Virus record (IMG/VR): IMGVR_UViG_3300035492_000180
Location: 1,353 to 65,352 of that record
Source: a virus
DNA length: 64,000 bases
Direction: 5' to 3' (one strand)
Shown: positions 39,505 to 47,706 of the stretch, piece by piece
How positions within the stretch are numbered: the stretch's first letter is position 1
How the letters are laid out: every line of letters begins with the position of its first letter
Made by a program: the position numbers and the translations under genes
Notes under the pieces: generated by a model
What the model was told of the DNA's origin: nothing
The model's input: only the letters and a program-made list of their open reading frames with translations
Database searches by the model: none

Positions 39505-39723
39505 ATGGCTAACAAAATCACAAAAGTGAACAAAGAAGTTATCGACCGTCTGGCTTGTATTGCAGTCGGCGTAACATATGAAACAGTCCTGAACGTATGG
39601 AAGTGTGCAAGACGCTATAAGAGTTGGGACTTGGATCTCTTCATGGCAGAGCCGCCTGCAGCACGCAGCACGATTTACAAGGTACGCAGGGTTCTTTTTC
39701 TCAGTAAGGTCGAAGGAGTTTGA
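39505..39723 (+). CDS. hypothetical early protein
   Basis: 72 aa with AAGGA RBS. Confidence 0.55.
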   Translation: MANKITKVNKEVIDRLACIAVGVTYETVLNVWKCARRYKSWDLDLFMAEPPAARSTIYKVRRVLFLSKVEGV

Positions 39724-39851
39724 GATGAGTGAATTTGTCAAGCAACTAGTCGATAGTCAGAAACCTACTGAGAGGGTCTCTGACTACCTCTTGGCTGTGG
39801 TTTGTGGTGTTATGCTTTCTTTTCTTGCAGCATCCTTTATCTGAGGCTAAC

Positions 39852-40181
39852 ATGAAAAAGATCATCACAAAGGTTGTCACACTTCTTGCAGCTCTTCTTG
39901 TCTCTTTTAACGCTAATGCAGATCTTTGTGCAGATCTCAGCCAGCATGTGTTGAAACTAGATCGTGGCAGCATGCGTACGATGAGCGATCGTGTCAGGTT
40001 TGAGATCTACAGTAGGGCATTTGAAGACAACAAGGAGCTCTCTGAAGACAGAAAGGTGGTTATGCGATACTTGACTGCAAAGATCGTGGAGGGGGCTATC
40101 TGGAAATTCTCTGATAGAGAAGCCATGTCGTTTGCTTATGAAGAATGCACGTTCTTCAAACAAGCTACTGGTCTGAAGTAA
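39852..40181 (+). CDS. exported protein (signal peptide)
   Basis: MKKIITKVVTLLAALLVSFNANA-D, an AxA cleavage site. Confidence 0.65.
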   Translation: MKKIITKVVTLLAALLVSFNANADLCADLSQHVLKLDRGSMRTMSDRVRFEIYSRAFEDNKELSEDRKVVMRYLTAKIVEGAIWKFSDREAMSFAYEECTFFKQATGLK

Positions 40182-40182
40182 C

Positions 40183-40210
40183 GCGCAGAAACATCCATCT
40201 TATATGAAGA
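40183..40210 (+). promoter_or_regulatory. class A motif, copy 2
   Basis: gcg-cagaaacat-CCATCTTATATG-aaga. Confidence 0.7.
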
Positions 40211-40261
40211 ACACCGAAAGGTATCTTCATTATCATCTTTCTTAAAATCTGGAGTAACATC

Positions 40262-40759
40262 ATGAAAAAGATCACTGTCGTCTCGGCTGTTGTTGCTGTT
40301 ATCGTCTTCATCGTCTCTTTCCTTTACGCAGGCAGCGCTAAGGCAAGTGAATTTACCGATCCCACGTTGGATCCCGTCAGGATCATCCAGCAGCAAAAAA
40401 TCCTTCTGGTTGATTCAACCCTTGAAGAAACGCGTACTTTCAGGTACGCAGCTGGCGCTGTGGGTACTGGTCTAGGAGCTGTGGCTGGCTACTCTGCGGC
40501 TACGGCAGCAGGCGTCAGTGCAGCGCCTGTTGTTGTAAGTGGGGCTATCATCTATGGCGCTGCATTCTATGGTGCCAGCACGCTCGGTGTTGAAGTCGGC
40601 TACCAAATGGTGGCTGATGAGATTCGCGAGAAGCGGGATGCAGCTATTGAGAAGGGGAAGGGTCTTGCGAAAGACCTCCAGCAGGAAGGTAAAGGGCTTC
40701 TCGATCAAGGTAAGGGACTACTCGACCAAGGGGTTGAAAAGTTCAAATCCTGGCTGTAA
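40262..40759 (+). CDS. exported/membrane protein with glycine-rich hydrophobic core and GKGLLDQ repeats
   Basis: Signal peptide ending AKA-S; GAVGTGLGAVAG; C-terminal GKGL repeats. Confidence 0.65.
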   Translation: MKKITVVSAVVAVIVFIVSFLYAGSAKASEFTDPTLDPVRIIQQQKILLVDSTLEETRTFRYAAGAVGTGLGAVAGYSAATAAGVSAAPVVVSGAIIYGAAFYGASTLGVEVGYQMVADEIREKRDAAIEKGKGLAKDLQQEGKGLLDQGKGLLDQGVEKFKSWL

Positions 40760-40767
40760 CGCGAAGG

Positions 40768-40794
40768 AGGGGCACTCGAAAGGGTGCCCTTTTA
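40768..40794 (+). terminator. intrinsic terminator (GAAA loop)
   Basis: aggggcactc-gaaa-gggtgccct-ttt. Confidence 0.7.
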
Positions 40795-40797
40795 ATC

Positions 40798-41001
40798 ATG
40801 GCAAAGAAAGACAGTTCAAAAACATTCATCGTGAGGATGACGACACGTAGTGTAGCACGCTACGATAATTTAGATATTTGGGCACGTGATAAGTTTGATA
40901 TTTGGCTGAAGAAGTTCGAAATAAAAATGTATGAAAAAGGAGCAACTTGGGACGAGAAATTAAAAAGTTTTTTGATAAAGCATCTACCGCAGAAGCCATA
41001 G
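40798..41001 (+). CDS. hypothetical protein
   Basis: 67-aa basic ORF. Confidence 0.45.
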   Translation: MAKKDSSKTFIVRMTTRSVARYDNLDIWARDKFDIWLKKFEIKMYEKGATWDEKLKSFLIKHLPQKP

Positions 41002-41060
41002 ACACTCACTGACCCTTCGGGGTTGGTGGGTGTTCTTTGACTTCCCTTTATTTTTTCTTT
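41002..41060 (+). terminator. long UUCG hairpin upstream of RNAP2
   Basis: acactcactgaccc-ttcg-gggttggtgggtgt, followed by a T-rich tract. Confidence 0.6.
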
Positions 41061-41187
41061 AGGAAAGCTGTATGTATGTAATCCTTTTCCTGCTTGTTAG
41101 AACCGTATTTAAAATAACATCATATATAACAATTTGGTTTCTAATGGTTGGATTTGGATTATATTGCATCTTCAAATTTATAACGGT

Positions 41188-44100
41188 ATGGTAACTTACG
41201 ACACTCTGCTGGAAATAACTAAAGCCAGACTGGAAAGTGATGAAGTGCCTTCGCGCTCACCTATCCGGATACTTCGAGAATTCGATTTAAAGGAGTTGTA
41301 TGATGTTGTAATCCCTGTCGTATATTTGTATACACGCGGGAAGAAGGATGAACCAATCTTCCTTACAGAAGCTGTTTGTGCGATTGGCAGAGCAGTTATG
41401 TCGCATTTCAAACAGAAGAAGGATAGCGGTCTAGCTGCTAAGATTGGTGCATTTCTTCTTTATAGTTTTGAAGTTGCAGGTATCCTTGAAGTTCTAAAAG
41501 CACAAGGTAAGGGGAGGCACGCAGCATATCAAATCATCATAAAGGATGATGCGAGTATTAGGGCATTATGGGAGGCAATTGATGTAACATCCGTTGATAA
41601 GCTACCAAGCGAAACTCCCTTTGCTCCATACTTCACAACCGAGCATGAAACAGGGATGAAGCTGGTTAAGACAAATAACAAGACTGTATTAACCAAGCTG
41701 AACCCTGTGGACAATCCAATTGTGTTCTCTGCCATAAACAAATCCATGGAGACTGGATGGAATGTAAACGTTAAAGTCTTTGATGTGGCTATGTGGGCAT
41801 TGCGTAACAAGACTGAAGCATTTGACGATATTTGGTCTCAACAAAACCCTGAAGCACGAAAGACAAAATTAAGAGAGTCCAGAACTATCCTTGATATTGC
41901 GTTCAGGTTTATCGATAAAACATTTTATCACGCAATGTATTTTGATTTTCGTGGGCGCATTTACACAGCGTCTGCTTTCTTCAACCACCAAGGAAATGAT
42001 CTGTCTAAAGGACTTTTGCTTCGTGCTGACAAAAAGCCAATTACTCGTGAAGGGTTGGATTGGCTATATGTTAGTCTTGCAAATAACTATGCAGGTAGTT
42101 GCAACAGAGAGGATAAAGCAAAGACAGATAAGATTCCTTTAAAAGATCGTATTAAATGGGGTGAAGAAAACGAAGAGATCTTCATTGCGTTTGCAACAGA
42201 TCCAAGGAAGCACCAAGGCTGGATGAAGGCTGACTCACCTTGGCAATTTCTTGCAGCTTGTTTTGAAATAAAGAAGTTTCACGATTGGCAGGAGAAAAAC
42301 AAAGAGGATATCGAATCAGGAAAGATTGATCCATATTCTTTCGAATCTGGTATTGAAGTGTTTATTGATGGCAGTTGCAACGGTAAATGCTTGCCGTTGT
42401 AAAACTACGTGAATTCGGTGGAACACTACATTCGTGTAGTCAATACCGAGCCAAGTTAAATCGGGTGTAACGACTAGTAAGTCCTGTAATAAGGCATACA
42501 CTACAAGCGATCGGTAGTGGAAGCGCGTAGAAGAGTGTCAACAGGTACTCTTAAGATATAGTCTGATCTGCATGGCGACATGCAGCTGTCTGTGGCGGAC
42601 AGGAGTTTTTGATGAAGACCTGGAAGAGTTACAAAGAAAAATATGAAGTATCAAATGAAGGAGACGTCAGGAATAGCGAAACAGGGTTGGTTCTGAAAAA
42701 CAACACTGATAAATACGGCTACCATACTGTAACCCTGTGGCTTGACAAGGTACCCAAGACTTTAAAGGTGCACAGGCTTGTTGCTACGTGTTTTATAGAG
42801 AATCCTGATAACAAGGAACAAGTAAACCATAAAGATGGAAATAAGAAGAACAATTTTGTAAATAATTTAGAATGGTCTACTCCGATTGAAAACATTAGAC
42901 ATGCTTGCGATATGGATCTTCTTCCTAAGGGTTCCTCACATTATGAAGCTGTTCTTACTGAGGAAGACGTCCAGGAAATTCGCTATTTACTTTCTGAAGG
43001 GTATGGAAATTCCTTTATTGGAAATAAGTTTGGAGTAACTTGTGGTGCAATATATGCAATAAGAGTGAATAAATCCTGGCAACACCTGCCTTGGCCGTTT
43101 CCATACAGATTGTTCGAAGCAACAAAGGAAACAAAGCTTGTAGGTAGCCAGAGAAAAGAAGCTAAACTTGATGAGAAGAGAATACGTGAAATAAAAAGAT
43201 TGCTTTCAGACGGCGTATCGATTGCAGTTTTGCAAAAGAAATTTAATATATCAGGTGGGGCGCTTAGATGCATTCGAGCTGGAACCACCTGGAAACACGT
43301 AACTATTTAGCGTCCGCCACGACGGGGAAAGTTTAGCGAACTTTCCTGAACAAAATGAGCCAGCATCTATCAGCACTTACAAAAGATGAAGTTACTGCAC
43401 CGTATGTCAACCTTGTTCCGCAACAAATGCCTGGAGACCTGTATGCGTATGCAGCGAAATTTGTATGGAAACACATTGAAGAAGAAGTAGCAAAACTCGA
43501 CAAGGAAGAGTTTCTGAGGCTATCTACTTTTGTAGATAAGCTTATTTCCTTGAAGAAAGAATACATTACAGCACCACTTAACTCTGATATAAAGAAGCTT
43601 GCATGGAACAATTACCAAGAGTTTAAGAAAGGAAAAGAGAAAGACATCGAAGCAGCTAGTCTTGTCTATTGGGCACGCTTTACTGATGCAAAGGATCGTC
43701 GAAAGCTTTTGAAGCGTGGTACCATGACTATCTCCTATGGGGTTACGAGATATGGTCTTGGAACACAGATTCTCGACGATGCAAAGAAGCATGGCATTGA
43801 ACTCCTGAATTACATGGAGCACAAATGGGGTATCCTTCTGGGCCAGTTGATCTTTGACACTCTGAAAGTATCGATGAGAAGGCCCATGCAACTTCTGCAC
43901 ATTTTTGAGCAAGCAGGTGCAGAAGCTGACGAGCGTGATGAGTTTCTGTCTTGGGAAGTTCCTGTGACAGGGTTTCCTGTTGTTCAACACTATACAGAAG
44001 GTACAACAAAGCAAATCTGGGTTAATTGCTAGCTCAGAATAAACTCCTCTAATTGCTGGGAAACCTAGAACAGGCAATCAGCAGCGAAGCTTAGACAGAT

Positions 44101-45155
44101 ACCTGTCTTTGAACGTTCAACGACTATTCCGAAAGGAAGTACTGAGCGAGTGCTTAGGAAACGGGGAGCAACACGCACGTGTTGAAGATATAGTCTGGTC
44201 TGCATAGGGATATGCAGTTGTTAAATGTCAACGGAGGCAATGATGGAAGAACTGTGGTCTGAGATCATAGAAGATAACTATCTTGTTAGCAGTCTTGGTA
44301 AGGTGTACAGTATCACAAAAGATAAGTTGATGAAAACGCGTTTTGACAAACAAGGCTATGAAGTCCTTGTTCTTCATACAAAAAACGGCGCTGTTAATCG
44401 AAGTGTTCACAGACTTGTTGCAAAAGCTTTTATACCAAACCCTTGTAATTTGCCAATGGTGAATCATATTGATGGCGACAAGACAAATAACATGGTATGC
44501 AACCTAGAATGGAGCACTTCTTCGAGAAACAATCAACATGCTTTTGATACAGGTCTCCGAAAAAGTGGTGAGAATCACCACAAGGCAAAACTTAGTGAGC
44601 AAGACGTCAGAGATATTCAAGTCATGCTCTCAGAGGGTATGCCCCAAAGGGCAATAGCAAAATATTTCCCTGTAGGCAGAACCACAATTGCCAAGATTGC
44701 AAAAGGGCAGATTTGGCGACATTTGACAGAAGAAGATTAACGACCTTCTTTGAACAAAACGACAGTATGGTCCACCTAAGGGTGATAAACTCTCAACAGG
44801 ATATTACGAAAACACTCTTCGTCTTAATGTGAATTTCCATGAGCTTTTGCAAAAGAGCAAAGGAAAGCAGAAGAGTGGAGCTTCTCCTAATTGTATTCAC
44901 AGTTTAGATGCAGCTCATTTGATGCTAACAGTGCACAGGGCCAACTTTAGAATAACAACAATTCATGATAGTTATGGTTGTTTACTAGCAGACATGCCAA
45001 AGCTTTATAAGCTTGTTAGAGAGACTTTTGTAGAGCTCTACAGATCAGACCCGCTAGAAAAACTTCTTCTTCAGATTGGAGGTGATATAAGTCGTATTGA
45101 AACAGGTACACTAGATCTCAATAGTATTCTTGATTCTGAGTTTTCCTTTGCCTGA
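41188..45155 (+). CDS. second T7-like single-subunit RNA polymerase; spliced join(41188..42384,43358..44022,44762..45155), ~750 aa; start uncertain
   Basis: DFRGRIY; PWQFLAAC; spliced motif A IDGSCNG|SQHLSAL; motif B RKLLKRGTMTISYG; SPNCIHSLDAAH; motif C TIHDSYG. Confidence 0.93.
42385..43357 (+). ncRNA. group I intron 3 (973 nt), in motif A of RNAP2
   Basis: P1 caacggU/Gccguug; P3 ctacgtg/cgcgtag; P4 ttcggt/accgag; P7 gacta/tagtc; terminal G at 43357. Confidence 0.92.
42612..43310 (+). mobile_element. intron-encoded HNH homing endonuclease (two HTH-like repeats)
   Basis: YEVSNEGDVR, VHRLVA, VNHKDGNKKNNFVNNLEWST. Confidence 0.9.
44023..44761 (+). ncRNA. group I intron 4 (739 nt), in the specificity-loop region of RNAP2
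   Basis: P1 ucugggU/Gcucaga; P3 ctcctc/ggggag; P4 ttgctg/cagcag; P7 gacta/tagtc; terminal G at 44761; split codon GT|A gives IWV-QYGPPK in frame with ORF 44829. Confidence 0.88.
44240..44740 (+). mobile_element. intron-encoded HNH homing endonuclease
   Basis: YLVSSLGKVY, VHRLVA, VNHIDGDKTNNMVCNLEWST. Confidence 0.9.
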
Positions 45156-45162
45156 GGCGTAT

Positions 45163-45573
45163 ATGAAGATTTTTAAAAACATGGAAGAACTGCGTGAAGG
45201 TCCTGAAGTTATTTACAAGGATTGCGAGAGTGTCCTCAAGCAAATCTCGAAAGATATTGACGAGCCTTATGAAGTGTTGTATAAGGAACCGTTTGAAAAC
45301 ACATTTGGCGGTGATGTTTTCCTTCTTGAATCCTTCAAAGACCAAGGAGAGATTCAGACAACTGTAGAAAATCCTGAAACAGGTCAATGGCGCTCTCTTC
45401 TCGAGACCTCAAGTGCCTTTGATATTTGTGAATGGAAGGGAGAAGACTATCTTCTTGTCTGGTATGCAACAAACAACGCTGGAGGCCCATCCTTCTGGGT
45501 GCCTAAGAGTATTGTTGAAGAAAGTGGTTTTCTACGAGACAGTATTGACAAAACAAAACAGGCATGGGAGTAG
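45163..45573 (+). CDS. hypothetical protein
   Basis: Acidic ORF after RNAP2; GAGG RBS. Confidence 0.6.
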   Translation: MKIFKNMEELREGPEVIYKDCESVLKQISKDIDEPYEVLYKEPFENTFGGDVFLLESFKDQGEIQTTVENPETGQWRSLLETSSAFDICEWKGEDYLLVWYATNNAGGPSFWVPKSIVEESGFLRDSIDKTKQAWE

Positions 45574-45577
45574 TACG

Positions 45578-45904
45578 ATGCAATTCTTCCAAGGAGTGAT
45601 TGATGTAACAGATGCAATACTTGATACAAATTGCTCAGGCTATCTTGAAATCATCGCGAACTATCTCGATTCAAGCGAGATAAACATCTCTTATTCAATC
45701 TTCGAGGACAGCTCAAGGTATGATGACGAAGAGATGTGGCAAATTCCAAAAGAATTTGTATGTCTTTACAATATTCCAAACCTCACCATTTGTAGTCAAG
45801 GAAAATGTCTTAACATCGGTTCTGTATACTTTGGAGTGTACAATAACAAAAAAGTAGTTATTGAACAAAACGCCTCACCTATTCAAGTGTATTGGAGTAA
45901 TTAA
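45578..45904 (+). CDS. hypothetical protein
   Basis: ATG 45578 after GGAG. Confidence 0.5.
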   Translation: MQFFQGVIDVTDAILDTNCSGYLEIIANYLDSSEINISYSIFEDSSRYDDEEMWQIPKEFVCLYNIPNLTICSQGKCLNIGSVYFGVYNNKKVVIEQNASPIQVYWSN

Positions 45905-45905
45905 C

Positions 45906-46127
45906 ATGCAAGTAACGCGTAAGTCTATCATCACTGGTATCGTCAGGACAAAAGAGATTGATATCACTCCTGAAGTTCTCCAGAGATACGAAGAGGGTAT
46001 CGAAACTATTCAGTCTCTCGCCCCTCATCTGTCTGAAAATGACAGGGAATTTATTATGACAGGTATGACTGAAGAAGAATGGAATGAAGCTGTTGGACCT
46101 GATGAGGATGACATGTATCTTTACTAA
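45906..46127 (+). CDS. small conserved phage protein
   Basis: MQVTRKSIITG..REFIMTG.T.EEW. Confidence 0.55.
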   Translation: MQVTRKSIITGIVRTKEIDITPEVLQRYEEGIETIQSLAPHLSENDREFIMTGMTEEEWNEAVGPDEDDMYLY

Positions 46128-46151
46128 AGCACATATTTCTTAGTAGTGAAA

Positions 46152-46168
46152 CCGTCAGTTTAATGACC
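46152..46168 (+). promoter_or_regulatory. class B motif, copy 3, upstream of the SSB/replication operon
   Basis: CCGTCAGTTTAATGACC; intergenic. Confidence 0.6.
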
Positions 46169-46211
46169 GCCGGTCAAAACATCATTCAAAATACGCAAGG
46201 AAACGTTTAAA

Positions 46212-46871
46212 ATGGCTATTCTTAAGAATTGTGAAATCTGGTATGCAAAAGTCGATCCGAAGCGTCCTGACAAGACCTTCGACAAAGAAAATGGACAATG
46301 GACTTGCCAGATTCGGACGAACCGTGTTGAGCAAAAGAACGAGTGGGTTGCTGCTGGTTTGAAGCCGAAGCTTGTGGTGCACAAGAGTGGTGAAGACGAA
46401 GGTACACCTATCCTGGATAAGGATGGCAAGCGTCAATGGCACTGCAGTCTCCAGAAGCGCTGCGTGAAGGCAAGCGGAGAAGCCGCAGAGCCTGTCAAGG
46501 TTGTCGATGGTAATCTGAATGATGTTGACCCGCGTACCATCGGGAACGGCAGTGTTGGTAACATTCGTGTTTTCCAATATGACAGCAAGACGCGTGAAGG
46601 TGAAAAGGTTTCCATGCTCATGGCAATCCAGCTCACTAAGCACAAGGTGTATGAGCCGCGCGGTGAAGCGGAGACCTTCGGTTTTGAAGAGACTGAAGTG
46701 ATCGGGCCGGACACCTCCACTAAGGAGAGTAAAGGCGATAACTTTGAGGATGACGACGCCCCTTTTGATAAAGGGTCTGAAGCACCCGTGAAGAAGCCTT
46801 CTGCACCGCCGAAAAAAGCAGCACCTGCTGCACCGACATCTGCTGACTCGCATCCTGAAGATGCGTTCTAA
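46212..46871 (+). CDS. ssb: single-stranded DNA-binding protein (T7 gp2.5-like)
   Basis: High-expression codon style, IGNGS.GNI motif, acidic tail ending in Phe (HPEDAF); heads the replication module. Confidence 0.7.
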   Translation: MAILKNCEIWYAKVDPKRPDKTFDKENGQWTCQIRTNRVEQKNEWVAAGLKPKLVVHKSGEDEGTPILDKDGKRQWHCSLQKRCVKASGEAAEPVKVVDGNLNDVDPRTIGNGSVGNIRVFQYDSKTREGEKVSMLMAIQLTKHKVYEPRGEAETFGFEETEVIGPDTSTKESKGDNFEDDDAPFDKGSEAPVKKPSAPPKKAAPAAPTSADSHPEDAF

Positions 46872-46877
46872 TTAATA

Positions 46878-46919
46878 AAAGGGAGTAATCTGGACTACAA
46901 TCTAGGTTGCTCCCTTTTT
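46878..46919 (+). terminator. intrinsic terminator
   Basis: aaagggagtaa..ttgctccc-ttttt. Confidence 0.7.
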
Positions 46920-47064
46920 AGTGAAACACTGACGGGATAATCATGACCACAGAGCAGTTGCGTCTTTTCTATAAAATCCTCGACACCAAGAATAGCTGGG
47001 GAAAGAATGAAATCAAGCAAGTTCTTCTTGAAGTGACTTTCGGAATCAGGACAGAGGTATAATC

Positions 47065-47673
47065 ATGAAGTATATTTACGAAACGCATGTAAATAATGTT
47101 CGTATGGCAACAAGCACAAGCTTTGAGCAAGCTCTTGAGGAAGCTGCTAAATATGTCAAAGGCCTTGTCCTTGTGTATGATGCAGAAAAAAGCAGCAATC
47201 TACCAGTCTTTTCGATTGATACAGAAGAGGATGAGGCTGAATGGCGGCGCAAGCTTGAGCAAGACTCTACCTGGATTCGTAAAAAAGCTGCTGTAAAATG
47301 GGATCCGACTAAAGACCTCTTGGATGATCACGTGAAGAAAGAAAAAGGACCTGAAGCTCTGGACATTGATGTTGTTAAAACTAACATCAATCTAGCTGTG
47401 GACCCTTCTCATTACAAAGGGTATATCGAAGAGTTTCAATGGATTGATGCTATGTCGCGGATCCCCACAATGCGCGAGCCAGAGCGATTCATTGCAGCTC
47501 TTGAGATGCAAGTTCGTAAGTATCTAGACCGTCGTGGTCAAAAAGACAAGGACTACCAAGAGATGGGTAAAGCTTTGTTCTATCTTGAGTATCTACGACA
47601 GTTTATTGGGTTCGCATACCATGGCTACGACCGACCAACAGCAGACAGCGTTCATCAAAAACTGAAAGACTAA
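47065..47673 (+). CDS. DUF3310-like protein (T7 gp1.7-like C-terminal domain)
   Basis: VDPSHYK..KYLDRRGQKD..QEMGKALFYLEYL. Confidence 0.7.
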   Translation: MKYIYETHVNNVRMATSTSFEQALEEAAKYVKGLVLVYDAEKSSNLPVFSIDTEEDEAEWRRKLEQDSTWIRKKAAVKWDPTKDLLDDHVKKEKGPEALDIDVVKTNINLAVDPSHYKGYIEEFQWIDAMSRIPTMREPERFIAALEMQVRKYLDRRGQKDKDYQEMGKALFYLEYLRQFIGFAYHGYDRPTADSVHQKLKD

Positions 47674-47682
47674 CCATAAGGC

Positions 47683-47706
47683 GCCCGGTTCGCCGGGCTT
47701 TATTTT
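47683..47706 (+). terminator. UUCG terminator-like hairpin
   Basis: gcccgg-ttcg-ccgggc-tttatttt. Confidence 0.65.

Noticed and set aside
40370-40382. gatcccgtcag partial match to the class B repeat
   Set aside because: Within a coding region and lacks TTTAA
41100-41135. Possible degenerate class A/B motif directly upstream of RNAP2 (aaccgtatttaaaataacatcatatata)
   Set aside because: Too many mismatches and no GCG at the conserved spacing; cannot be supported without TSS data
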